From contig CAWFKQ010000016.1 in the NCBI GenBank assembly GCA_963816395.1, forward strand, positions 448,001 through 512,000: DNA of 64,000 nt, in the 5' to 3' direction. The notes below the pieces were generated by a model, which was not told the DNA's origin, did not search any database, and was given only the letters and a program-made list of their open reading frames with translations. How positions within the stretch are numbered: the first letter of the stretch is position 1; every line of letters starts with the position of its first letter. Of the stretch, positions 32,459 through 42,740 are shown one piece after another. The position numbers and the translations under genes are program-made. This stretch comes from an uncultured delta proteobacterium (GTDB taxonomy: Bacteria; Desulfobacterota; Desulfuromonadia; Desulfuromonadales; JACZKF01).

Positions 32459-33436
32459 CTGATCGATTTGACCAGGACCAACCGTTGCGACGGCTGAAAC
32501 CCGTGTGCGTGCAGGAACTGCTGAAGATCGAAATTCTTCCAGGATACCTGGGTCCGGACGAACTCGACCTTCAGGGTCGACAGATTGACCAGCAACTGGG
32601 AAAGCAGGGCTCGCCCCAGGCCGCTGCCGGTGTAGGCCGGATGGACGCCGATGGTATCGATGACGGCCGCCTGGTCGGCCTTGCCGAATTCGCCGTAATC
32701 CAGTCGGGCCATGATGAATCCGGCAACGACATTGAAATCCTCGGCGACCAGGGAGACCCGGATACCCGTTTCGACCAGCATCTCCTGGAATTTGGTTTGA
32801 TAGTAGGGGGCGCGCTCCCGGCCGGTGAGTTTGCTGTCGATGCGGACAATGGCGGCCAGATCATCCTCCCGCAGGGAGCGGACCAGGAACCGATCGCGGG
32901 CCAGGGTATCGTAATCGTCACCGCCGGACCCGTGGACCCGCCAGACGCCGTCCATCTTGACCGAACTCACCTCGCTGACTTTCTCGCGCAGGGGCGAAGT
33001 CTCGCGTTCGATCACCTGACTGAGGTGCCAGCTGGAAACCGGAAGAAGAGAAGAAACTGGTCATCACGTGGTCGGTCCAGACCACCTGCGTTCGCAGCGT
33101 GCCGATGTTTCTCTTTTTCATTCGCCGTTCAATGCCGGAGATCACCGCCTTGCCGATCCCTCTGCGCTGGGCCTCGGGAGCGACGCCGATGGCGTCCAGG
33201 ACGGCTATCGCCCCGGCAGTGCCGAACTCGCCTTCCTGGATCCGGGTGAAACCGTATCCCATCAGTTTTCCGCCCTCCAGCGCCGCACAGGTGATGAAAC
33301 TCTCGGGTGTCGCCGTCGCCACCGCCAGGCGTTTCTCAAAAAAAGCTTTGCGTGGGCGGCCGGCAATCCGGCTTTCGATTTCCGACACCCGCTCCAGATC
33401 GTCGGGGTAGAGGGACCGAAGCGTGAGAGTAGACAT
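32455..33436 (-). CDS. Tandem (two-domain) GNAT acetyltransferase, frameshift near 33020
   Basis: Two similar domains (GEFG...LDAIGV.P..QRRGIG; GEFG...IDTIGVHP..GSGLG) split over ORFs 32918-33436 and 32455-33015. Confidence 0.8.
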
Positions 33437-33494
33437 TTGCGTTCTCCTTGTTCGGCTATAGAACTTCTGGCGGTTCCTGCAAGTCCCCAGCCTC

Positions 33495-34640
33495 TCAGCT
33501 TTTGACGCCCGGCATCAGACTCTCGATCAGCTCCTCGGTCCACGGTGTACCCTTGGCCAGAGCCTGGCGCAGCTGGACGAAATCGATCTCGCGCCCGGTC
33601 TCCTTGGTTCCCTCGTTGAAGGCGCGGAAGCCGGTGCGCGCTTCGTTCATCATGTTCAGCGCCAGCCAGGCGCGGGAATTTTCCTTGTTGCGGTTCCAGG
33701 CGTCGAGCTTGGGCTTGCGCAGCTCCTCCAGGCTCTTGGTCATGCACTCGGGGAAGGTCTCCAGCAGCTTGGCGCACAGCTCCTCCACCTTCTGATCGAG
33801 CAGGCTCAGGTCCACCTCGCCGCCCTTGATCTGTGCCTGTCCTTCCTTGAAGGCGGCGCCGGTCTTGAAATCGCCATGCACGAGCCGGCCGTACTCGTCG
33901 AGCAGCCGGTCGGTGATCACCGTCGGGTTGGCGACGAATTTGCCTGCTACCTTCAGCGCCGGCACCACGTCGGCGATGATCCCCAGCCGCGCCGCCTTGT
34001 GCGCCGAGAACGGCTCGCACAGCGTGCCGGAAACCATCGCCTGCTCGCAGCCGATCATCAGCGGCAGAAAGTCGGTCGCCCCGCCGATGGCCGCCGAACC
34101 GTGCTTGGGCCCGGCCTGGCCGAAGTTCGCCAGGTCCTGGGCGAGGCTGAAGTCGCAGGCCATGCCGATCTCCTGGCCGCCGCCGATGCGCATGCCGTTC
34201 ACCCGGCAGACCACCGGCTTGTCGCAGCCCAGGATGGCCGAGACCATGTCGTTGAACAGCCGCATGTACTGGCGGTACTCCTGCGGGTTGCCGGCGTAGT
34301 ACTCGGCGTATTCCTTGGTGTTGCCGCCGGTGCAGAAGGCCTTGTCGCCGACGCCGGTGAACACCACCGCGTTCACCTGCCGGTCGACCGAGGCCCGGCG
34401 AAAGGCGAGAATGGTCGCCTTGACCATGTCGGTGGTATAGGAGTTGTACTGTTTGGGGTTGTTGAAGATGATCCAGGCATTGTAGAGCCCCTCGGCCACC
34501 GAGCCGTCACGGCCTCGGGCGGGGCGCTTCTCGTAGCGGACCATCCCGTCGCACAGACTCTCCACCTCCCGGTCGATCAGGTTATGGTCGATCAGATGCC
34601 CCGGGGCGGTGCGGGCAATTATCTCTTCGGTCGTGGCCAT
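33495..34640 (-). CDS. bamA: 6-oxocyclohex-1-ene-1-carbonyl-CoA hydrolase, copy 2 (intact)
   Basis: 381-aa ORF nearly identical in DNA to copy 1; AGGAGG RBS. Confidence 0.95.
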   Translation of the reverse strand: MATTEEIIARTAPGHLIDHNLIDREVESLCDGMVRYEKRPARGRDGSVAEGLYNAWIIFNNPKQYNSYTTDMVKATILAFRRASVDRQVNAVVFTGVGDKAFCTGGNTKEYAEYYAGNPQEYRQYMRLFNDMVSAILGCDKPVVCRVNGMRIGGGQEIGMACDFSLAQDLANFGQAGPKHGSAAIGGATDFLPLMIGCEQAMVSGTLCEPFSAHKAARLGIIADVVPALKVAGKFVANPTVITDRLLDEYGRLVHGDFKTGAAFKEGQAQIKGGEVDLSLLDQKVEELCAKLLETFPECMTKSLEELRKPKLDAWNRNKENSRAWLALNMMNEARTGFRAFNEGTKETGREIDFVQLRQALAKGTPWTEELIESLMPGVKS

Positions 34641-34734
34641 GGTTTGCCTCCTTCTGCGGTAATTTTCCTGCATGTCTTTGATGCAATAAGATTAAGGGTG
34701 GGCAAGGAAAAGAGTGCCCATATTCCATGTAAGC

Positions 34735-34761
34735 GGTACTCCAATACCAATTTCATGTCAA
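34735..34761 (-). promoter_or_regulatory. Promoter/operator upstream of bamA copy 2
   Basis: GGTACTCCAATACC at 34735-34748; minus strand TTGACA at 34761-34756. Confidence 0.75.
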
Positions 34762-34943
34762 TAAAAATTATTGCCGCTTCGGGGAGAGAACCAGAGCGCC
34801 CCGCTCCTGTCCAGGAGCGAAACCGCAAAACATGGGGAGGTTTGGCGACACTGCCCCAATCGCTACGGTCCTACCCGGATCCATTTGGTTTGGCGCATCT
34901 CCCCCAGGGGAGATAAATAACCTTGTACATCCGACCCAATTAT

Positions 34944-34957
34944 GGTAATTCAATACC
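34944..34957 (+). promoter_or_regulatory. Operator copy upstream of GNAT-Rrf2 (probable autoregulation)
   Basis: GGTAATTCAATACC overlapping a candidate -10, 17 nt after TTGTAC. Confidence 0.65.
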
Positions 34958-35070
34958 AAGTTACTTCTAAAAGTAATGTTGGGCCGGATGCAACAGGTTC
35001 CCCTGATTTGCCAAGGGTGATTCCGAGGTCATTGAATGCGGCAGAGAAAATCACCATCTTGGGTATCGAC

Positions 35071-35517
35071 ATGAACACGCAGATTTCCATTCGCAATGCC
35101 GTTCCCGCCGACCTCGAGGCCGTGATTGCCTTGGACGAGGTGAGCACCCGGGAGGAAAAACCGGCGTACTGGCGTGACATTTTCGGCCGTTATGTGGACG
35201 GGGATAAGGCCGACCGGTTTTTTCTCATTGGCGAAATAGAGAGCAAGTTCGTCGGTTTCATTGTCGCCGAGGTCCGGGCCTGGGAATTCGGATCGCCGCC
35301 GTGCGGGTGGGTGTTTGCGCTGGCCGTTTCCCCGAATGCCCGCGAGTTTGGCATCGGTCAGCGCATGTTCGAAGAAATATGCAAACGTCTGAAGCAGACC
35401 GGTGTCTCGACGGTGCGGACGATGGTGGATCGCGATAACAAGGTGACCCTGTCTTTTTTCCGTAGTCAGGGATTACGTACGGGCCGATACATTGAACTCG
35501 AGAAGTCTCTCGATTGA
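35071..35517 (+). CDS. GNAT acetyltransferase, BadL-like
   Basis: IRNAVPADLEAVIALD, EVRAWEFGSPPCGW, REFGIG; directly upstream of a BadM-like Rrf2 gene. Confidence 0.75.
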   Translation: MNTQISIRNAVPADLEAVIALDEVSTREEKPAYWRDIFGRYVDGDKADRFFLIGEIESKFVGFIVAEVRAWEFGSPPCGWVFALAVSPNAREFGIGQRMFEEICKRLKQTGVSTVRTMVDRDNKVTLSFFRSQGLRTGRYIELEKSLD

Positions 35518-35559
35518 TTCTTTGCTTTCCCGGCATGCTTGCCGGAGGGGAATCGCCTG

Positions 35560-35991
35560 ATGAAATTGAATAAAGCGAGCCTGTATGCCCTTTTTGCCGT
35601 TCTCGAACTGGCCCGTGATCCGGAGCGGCAACTCTCGACTACCGATATTGCCGACAAATACGGCATCTCCACCCACCATCTTGCCAAAGTGATGCGGAAC
35701 CTGGTGCGCGAGGGGTTGGTGCAGGCGGTCCGTGGTGCGGGAGGGGGGTATCGATTTGCTGGAGTCATCAACCGGACGACGTTGCTCGATATCATCCAAT
35801 TGTTTGAAACCCTGGAGTCGGAACTCGACCTTCCGGATCACGAGAGTCCGGCCGCTGCCTCCATCGTGGAGGAACTGCGGAGGATTACCACCGAAATAGA
35901 CGAACTCACCAAGGCGGTCCTGGATACGATTACTCTGGACACCGCTCTCGCCAGCACGCGTAAGCGCACCGGGATTTCCGAAAAAAGCTGA
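35560..35991 (+). CDS. Rrf2-family repressor, BadM/BgeR-like, no cysteines
   Basis: MKLNKASLYALFAVLELA...HHLAKV...AVRGAGGGYRF...TLLDIIQLFE; lacks the IscR/NsrR Fe-S Cys. Confidence 0.85.
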   Translation: MKLNKASLYALFAVLELARDPERQLSTTDIADKYGISTHHLAKVMRNLVREGLVQAVRGAGGGYRFAGVINRTTLLDIIQLFETLESELDLPDHESPAAASIVEELRRITTEIDELTKAVLDTITLDTALASTRKRTGISEKS

Positions 35992-36039
35992 TCTCCCAGC
36001 CAGGCCCCGCAGTCCCCCACCCAAACCTTCCGATTTTGG

Positions 36040-36913
36040 TTACACCCCCAGCAGCCTTGCGGCATTGCCGCCAAGAATGTCGTCCACCCCCGCCGCAGAC
36101 AGCGGCAATTCGGCTATAGCGTCCATATTGCGTCTGATCTGGGCCATTCCCGGCCAGTCGCTGCCGAAAATGACTTTGTCCGTATTGCGGGCCAATTCAG
36201 GGAAATAGCTCAACAGTTTGGAGGGGGGCAGGCCGGAGATTTCCATATAGACATTGGCGTGAAGCCTGGACAGGAAGAAGGCCCGGTCGTACCAGAATCC
36301 TCGACCGGAATGGGCCATAACGAGGTTCAGTCGGGGAAAATCGATGGCCACATCATCGAGGTGCAGAGGATCGCCGTATTTCAGGCGGGAGCCTTTGAAA
36401 ACTGACGAGCCCGTGTGGATCAGGACGGGAATGCCCAGTTCCTGCGCGGCCTGGTAGAGCGGGTAAATTCTCGGATCGTTGAGATAGTAGTGCTGGTAAG
36501 TGGGATACAACTTGACCCCTCGGAATCCCTCATCTTCTACTTTGCGTCGCAATTCATCCCCGAGATGATTGAACAGATGAGGATTAACATCGCAGAAAGG
36601 AATCAGTCTCTTTCCTATTTCGGCAGAAATCGCGCACCTGCTCATTGGTGCAAATTCCCGAGGAGACGGGGTTCAGTTCGGCCAGAATACAGGCGTAATC
36701 GACACCTTCATCTGCTAAAAATTCCTCAAAGTGCCCAGGATCGTTGTAGTGTTCAATATAACTCTCATATCCCACGGGGTGCGTTTTCTTCATCCATTCT
36801 GTCACCCAGGAGTGATGATAAGTATAAAGTCCGAGGTGAACGTGGAAATCAATCCGGTCGCGGTGAAGATTTTTCTTTGCGGTCTCTGCTTCCATTCTTT
36901 TCCAGTTCCCCAT
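36040..36913 (-). CDS. Amidohydrolase family (Amidohydro_2) protein, frameshift near 36610
   Basis: IDFHVH, FRGVKLYP, LIHTG, MAHSG, FGSDWP; split across two ORFs. Confidence 0.82.
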
Positions 36914-37163
36914 TGGTTATCTTAACGAGTGTTTCCCCGTGCCCCTTCCCCATGGACGGACCCGAGCGCCGGGGAAGGAATACCTTCGGATTTAACCCGA
37001 TTTGCCGATGTCCGTCAATACCTCCTTTGCCGCCACAGGTAAAACATCGTTTTTCATGCCCGGATCTTCTGCGGGTATTTGGAAATGATTCGCAACTAAG
37101 GGATTCGGCCTGCCCAGGCGACCGAGATTAAATGGGCTGTCGGTGAAATGGTCATACTTCCTT

Positions 37164-37255
37164 TATAATCTGAATCTACCTTATATTCAGGTCAACTATT
37201 CGGATTTAACTCGTCTATTTTATTATCCCAATTCTTTTCCATAGAACTTCTTATA
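37164..37255. promoter_or_regulatory. Candidate upstream activator sites for the sigma-54 activator (XDH-family operon)
   Basis: TATAA-N12-TTATA (37164-37185) and CATAG-N6-TTATA (37240-37255); equivalents at nearly the same distances before the second sigma-54 promoter. Confidence 0.6.
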
Positions 37256-37333
37256 CCCTTTCCCCAGACACTGAACGGTGAAGCGGGCATTTAAACCACC
37301 GTTCTAAATGACTTGCGAGCAAAAATTCGCATT

Positions 37334-37349
37334 TGGCACTTTCGTTGCT
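37334..37349 (+). promoter_or_regulatory. Sigma-54 (-24/-12) promoter
   Basis: TGGCAC-TTTCG-TTGCT, perfect consensus spacing. Confidence 0.85.
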
Positions 37350-37534
37350 TATCCTAAGTCAGCACGATTTAAAATAAAACACGGTGTTTAAAGCCCTCGG
37401 GTGGGAGCTCCGCAATGATCCTTCATCGCTGATTGTCGGAGGCACTGGCGTTTATTTGCCGCCCCACTTTCCTGACGCAATCAGAAAAGCGGGGGGGACT
37501 ACCAACCACCGCAAGATGAGCAGAAAGGGAAACC

Positions 37535-38408
37535 ATGAGCAGCCGCGTATTGCCACAGTTTGACCTTCTGTCGCCGCAAAGCATTTCAGAGGCGGTCGAT
37601 ATCCTGGCCGAACACCAGAACCGCATTTCCGTTCTGGCTGGAGGAACCGATTTGCTGATCTGGAATTACATCAGAAAGCAGGAGGCCGCCACCCTCATGA
37701 GTCTTTCGGCGCTGCAGGGACTCGACGGAATCGACTACGCGCCGGGAGAAGGCCTGCGGATCGGGGCCAAGGTGAAGGTGGCCCAACTTCTCACCGACCC
37801 GCAGGTCGCCGCAAAATTCCCCGCCCTGTATCAGGCGGCCTATAACTTCGCCACCCCGCAGATCCGCAATATGGCGACGGTCATGGGCAATATCCTGCGC
37901 GCCTCCCCGGCCGGTGACTGCTCCTGCGCCATTCTGGCCTTGGGGGGGCAGGTGGTGCTGCAGAGCCGCATGGGGCAGAGACTGGTCGATATCGACGATT
38001 TCTGGATTTCCTACGGCAAGACGGCTCGAAGGAGTGACGAACTGGCAGTGGAACTGCGGATCCCCGATTCGGCTCCCACCACCCGTTCGGCTTTTCACCG
38101 GCTGACGCGGGTCCACGAAGATCTTGCCAAATTGAATGTTGCGGTCCGTCTGGAGATGCACCAGAACCTCTGCCAGCAGGCCCGCATTGCCATCGGGTGC
38201 GTGGGACCCACCCCCTTGCGCCTCAGAAAGACCGAGAGCCTTTTGGCTGGATCCGAAATCAGCGAGGCCCTTTTGCAGCAGGTCGCCACCTCGGCGCAAG
38301 GGGAGATTGCGCCGATCGACGATCAACGCTCGACGGCGGCACTACCGGCGCCAAGTTACGGGCGTCATTCTCAGGCGGGTGCTCGAACGCGCGATGCAGG
38401 CCAATTAA
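37535..38408 (+). CDS. Xanthine dehydrogenase-family FAD subunit, frameshift near 38340
   Basis: LAGGTDL, TPQIRNMATVMGN, PIDDQRST then YRRQV in the next frame; no HcrB-type [4Fe-4S] insert. Confidence 0.88.
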
Positions 38409-38442
38409 ATGTTTTGCTTCCAGTAACAACAGGAGAAATGAA

Positions 38443-39408
38443 ATGGGGAAAGCTTCAGCTCACGACCTTCTTCGCTGCTTTCTGCTGGTTCTGATCGCGG
38501 CCCTCTTGTCCCTGTCCACCCCTGCCCGGAGTTGGGCGGGCGGGGGGCAGCACTACCCCAACGGCGTCGAGGACTTTGTCGTCGGGGCCCTGCCGCCGCC
38601 CGGCGCTTATCTGGTGAACTACCTGCTCTTCATCCAGAAAAACGAATTGAAAGACGATTCCGGCGACAAGGTCCCCGTGGCCTTCTCGGCGGATGTGGTC
38701 GCCGAGGTGCCCCGCTTCATTTACGTCAGCCCCTATACCCTGTTCGGGGCCAGCTGGGGGGCGCACATCTTCCTGCCGATGTACAGCGCCGATGTGGAAG
38801 TCGGTACTTCCGATGCCAATCCCCACAATATCGTCGACTCCGACGAGATGGGGATTGGCGACATCATCTTCAGCCCACTGATCCTGGGCTGGCACTTCAG
38901 CCCCAATTTCCATATGGTTTTCGCCCTGGACATCTGGGCGCCCACCGGCAACTACGACAAGGACCGCCCCGCCACTCAGATTTTGTCGAAAAACCTCTGG
39001 ACCGTCGAGCCGGTCGTGGCCGTCACCTACCTGTGGAAGGGATTCGATTTCTCCGGCAAGTTCATGTACGACTTCAACTCCACCAATAACGACTTCGTCG
39101 TCGCCGGCAAGACGGTGGATCTCGATCCCGGTCAGGAGTTCCACTTCGACTGGGCGCTCGGCTACGCGGCCAAAAACGGTCTGCGCGGCGGCCTGGTCGG
39201 CTACAACTACTGGCAGACCACCGATGACGAAGTCGACGGCGACAAGGTCAAGGACAACCTCAGCCGCGTCGGGGGGATCGGGGTCGGGATCAAATACTGG
39301 CCGAAACAAGGGCCATTCAGCATGACCCTCAAGCAGTACTGGGAGTATGCCGCCCGCAACATCGCCACCGGCCCCCAGACTCAGTTCAAGATTTCCTACG
39401 CCTTCTAG
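38443..39408 (+). CDS. Outer-membrane channel, SphA/phenol-degradation (MetA-pathway) family
   Basis: Signal peptide, YPNGVEDF..GALPPPG.Y, GIGDI, APTGNYD, PGQEFHFD; terminal Phe. Confidence 0.8.
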   Translation: MGKASAHDLLRCFLLVLIAALLSLSTPARSWAGGGQHYPNGVEDFVVGALPPPGAYLVNYLLFIQKNELKDDSGDKVPVAFSADVVAEVPRFIYVSPYTLFGASWGAHIFLPMYSADVEVGTSDANPHNIVDSDEMGIGDIIFSPLILGWHFSPNFHMVFALDIWAPTGNYDKDRPATQILSKNLWTVEPVVAVTYLWKGFDFSGKFMYDFNSTNNDFVVAGKTVDLDPGQEFHFDWALGYAAKNGLRGGLVGYNYWQTTDDEVDGDKVKDNLSRVGGIGVGIKYWPKQGPFSMTLKQYWEYAARNIATGPQTQFKISYAF

Positions 39409-39485
39409 ACAGCAGGGGAGCCGGAGCGCCGCCGGCTGGGTCCGGGCAAGTAACAATCGGAGTGCGCGAGACAAAGGAGATATAC

Positions 39486-39996
39486 ATGAAAACCCGAATG
39501 ATCACGCTCTGCGTCAACGGCAAAAATCACCGTCTCGAGGTGCCGGTCAACCGGACCCTTCTGCAGGCGCTGAGAGATGACCTGCAGCTGACCGAGACCA
39601 AGTACGGCTGCGGGACGGGGGAATGCGGGGGCTGTACGGTCCTCGTGGATGGCAAGGACAGCATCTGCTCCTGCTTGACCCTGGCCGTCGAGGCAGAAGG
39701 AAGACACATCATTACGGTCGGAGGCATGACCCGGGAAGGCGAACTCCATCCGATCCAGCAGGCCTTCATCGATGAAGGCGCGATTCAGTGCGGCTACTGC
39801 ACGCCAGGGATGATCATGAAGACCGCGAGCATCCTGGCCAACAATCCGACAGCCATCCGAGGAAGAAATCCGACGGGGGCTGGAAGGCAATATCTGCCGG
39901 TGCACGGGGTACGAAAAGATCGTGCGTGCGGTCCAACGCGCCAGCCAGATGACGAATGACTCGCAAATGCAAAGGGCAGGAGGGCTGAGCTCATGA
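39486..39996 (+). CDS. XDH-family 2x[2Fe-2S] subunit, frameshift near 39850
   Basis: [22 protein letters not shown], then GNICRCTGY in the next frame; stop overlaps the next ATG. Confidence 0.9.
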
Positions 39997-42344
39997 GCGA
40001 AATAACCTATATCGGCAAGAGTGTACCCAAGGTCGATGCCCGCGAAAAGGTGACGGGCAAGGCTCTTTATGCCGCCGACGTTCAGCTGCCGGGGATGCTT
40101 TACGGCAAGATCGTTCGGTGCTGGGAACATGCCCATGCCCGCGTGGTCCATCTCGATCTGTCCGAGGCGGCCAAAGTGCCGGGGGTGGTCAAGGTCCTGG
40201 GACCCGGGGATGTCACCCAGAAACATTACAACACCGGAGTTCTCGACCTGATGGTGCCCGCGGATGTCGGCCAGCTCCTCGGCGATGTCGAAGACCAGCG
40301 CATCTTCACCGACCATGTCCGGCATCAGGGAGACGCCATCTGCGGGATCATCGCGGAAAGCGAGGAGGCCGCCGAGATTGCGGCGCAAAAGGTCGTGGCT
40401 CTCTACGAACCGCTGCCGGTCTACCTGCGGGCCGAAGAGTCGGCCAGAGCCGACGCCTTCCAGTTCGATGCCAGGAAACCCGGCAATCGGGCCTTCCAGC
40501 TGCCGGAGCAGATGTTTCCGGGCAACGCCTACGGCTGGGGGGATGTGGAAGCCGAAATGGCGCAGGCCGATCTGGTGGTAGAGGAGACCTTCTCCGTCCC
40601 CAAGGTCAAACAGTGCCAGATGGAGCCGCACGCCTATGTGGCCCTCTTCGACGAGAAGGGGCGCCTGAACTGCTGGACCTCGACCCAGATGCCGAAATGC
40701 GTCCACAACAAGCTGGCGAGGCTCTTCGAGTTGCCCATGTCCCGGCTCAACCTGATTTCCACCACCATCGGCGGCGGTTTTGGCGGCCGGCTGGGGATGG
40801 TCTTCGAGCCCGAGACCTGCGCCATGGCCATGGCCGTTCCGGGCCGCCCGGTCAAGGTCCAGTCGGCCAGGGAAGAGGACTGGACGGCTTCGGAGAGTCG
40901 TCATCCCGGCAAGTATTGGCTGAAACTGGGCTTCAAAAAAGACGGAACTCCCGTGGCCGCCGACGCCCATTTCACTTCCGACGCGGGGGCCTACTACACC
41001 CACGCTTCCGGTCCGGCCTTCACCACCGGTTCCTGGCTCACCGGCATGTACAAGTTCAATGCCATCCGCTACAAGGGGGATTCCTACTATACCAATCAGG
41101 CCCCCAGCGGCGCCTTCCGCGGCTACGGCAATCCCCAGACCAACTTCGTGCTGGAGCAGCTCGTCGACCGGGGCTGCGAGAAACTCGGTATCGACCCGCT
41201 CGACTGGCGCCTGCGCTGGCATAAGCAGGCCGGTGACGATGGCTGGTGCATCGGCGTCCCCTACTCCTCCTGCGCGCTGGATGCCTGCCTCAAGCAGGGC
41301 GCCGAGGCGATCGGCTGGAAAGAAAAGCGGGCCAGATATGCCAACCAAACCGGCAAGAAGCGCCGGGGGGTTGGGGTGTCGGTCATGAACCACACCAGCG
41401 GCGCCATGCCGATGCTTCTGGAGCACACGACCTGCACGGTCAAGATGAACGAGGACGCTTCGGCGGTAATTACCCTCGCCTGTTCCGACCTGGGTACGGG
41501 GTCTCATACGGTGCTCAGGCAGATCGCCGCCGACACCCTCGGCATCGCGATGGAGGAGATTCATCTGCACGTCAACATGGATGCGGCTGGTTTCGACATC
41601 GGCTCCCACGCCAGCCGGACGACCTACACCGGCGGCGGCGCGGTCATCAAGGCCTGCGAAGATGTCAAACGGCAATTGCTCGAGCGCGCCGCCAGCCGCC
41701 TGGGGATTCCGGCCGAGGATCTGGAGATGAGAGACCGTAAGATCATCTCCAGGAGCAACCCCGAAACAGCCATGTCGGTCCGGGAGATCTGCCACGCGGG
41801 GGTCTACCATTTCGTCAACCCCCAGACGGGTGAGGCCAACGGGGTGCCGGGACAGATCCAGGGCTATGCCAGCCACTTCGCCAGTCACAACTCCCCACCA
41901 TTCGGGGCCTGCTTTGCCGAGGTCGAAGTCGACATCGAAACCGGCGAGGTCAAGGTGCTGGAACTGGTCATGGCGCACGACATCGGCCGCGCTATCAACC
42001 CCAAGGGCGTGGAGGGACAGCTGGAAGGGGGCGCCCAGCAGGCGTTGGGAATGGCCCTGACCGAAGGTATCAGCTACGATGCAAAGGGACTTTGCCGCAA
42101 CAACAGCTTCACCGATTACAAGATGCTGGGCCCGATGGACATGCCGAAAATCACCACCCTCCTTATCGAACAGCCCGATCCCATCGCTCCGCTGGGGTTG
42201 AAAAGTGTCGGCGAGGCTGGACCCGTCAATCCGGTGGGGGCCACCGCCAACGCCGTAGCCCATGCCCTCGGCATCATGATGACCGAGGCCCCGATCACGC
42301 CGGAGAAAATTCTCCTGGCCCTCGCTGAAAAGAAAGTTGCCTGA
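39993..42344 (+). CDS. XDH-family molybdopterin catalytic subunit (N-heteroaromatic hydroxylase candidate)
   Basis: QCQMEPH, GGGFGG, AFRGYG, GSHASR, KSVGE (catalytic Glu). Confidence 0.9.
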   Translation: MSEITYIGKSVPKVDAREKVTGKALYAADVQLPGMLYGKIVRCWEHAHARVVHLDLSEAAKVPGVVKVLGPGDVTQKHYNTGVLDLMVPADVGQLLGDVEDQRIFTDHVRHQGDAICGIIAESEEAAEIAAQKVVALYEPLPVYLRAEESARADAFQFDARKPGNRAFQLPEQMFPGNAYGWGDVEAEMAQADLVVEETFSVPKVKQCQMEPHAYVALFDEKGRLNCWTSTQMPKCVHNKLARLFELPMSRLNLISTTIGGGFGGRLGMVFEPETCAMAMAVPGRPVKVQSAREEDWTASESRHPGKYWLKLGFKKDGTPVAADAHFTSDAGAYYTHASGPAFTTGSWLTGMYKFNAIRYKGDSYYTNQAPSGAFRGYGNPQTNFVLEQLVDRGCEKLGIDPLDWRLRWHKQAGDDGWCIGVPYSSCALDACLKQGAEAIGWKEKRARYANQTGKKRRGVGVSVMNHTSGAMPMLLEHTTCTVKMNEDASAVITLACSDLGTGSHTVLRQIAADTLGIAMEEIHLHVNMDAAGFDIGSHASRTTYTGGGAVIKACEDVKRQLLERAASRLGIPAEDLEMRDRKIISRSNPETAMSVREICHAGVYHFVNPQTGEANGVPGQIQGYASHFASHNSPPFGACFAEVEVDIETGEVKVLELVMAHDIGRAINPKGVEGQLEGGAQQALGMALTEGISYDAKGLCRNNSFTDYKMLGPMDMPKITTLLIEQPDPIAPLGLKSVGEAGPVNPVGATANAVAHALGIMMTEAPITPEKILLALAEKKVA

Positions 42345-42740
42345 TCTTGCTCAGGGGGAAGGCTGGCCGGCGGTCAGCCTTCCCCTGCCAGCCCGCCCGC
42401 CGCCCGCCCGCCCGCACAAAGGCATCTTCCCGGCGCCAGAAGCGTTCCGCAGCGGATCTTCCGGTTGCATAGCCTCTCTGAAAAGGCGCGGTACTGGAAA
42501 CGGTCCCGGCCGTTTACAACGTGTGACTCCCGGGTGAAACCGCTCTTTCCCCTCCTTGCCCGCATCTCCTGAATCACTGTTTTATATCCGAAAAATTTTT
42601 ACGCCGACATCGGCTCGCTATTTCCTTGCCTGCCCAAGAGACAACATGATACGAAATAAGACAGTTTTTTATTCCCTTTTTCCCGCTCTTTGCGTGCCAG
42701 CCTCTGGTCCGGTTGACTTCTGAAGGTGGAGTGAATCGTC

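Noticed and set aside
37535..42344. 4-hydroxybenzoyl-CoA reductase (hcrCAB)
   Set aside because: The FAD subunit lacks the Cys-rich [4Fe-4S] insert of HcrB, and the context points to oxidative hydroxylation.
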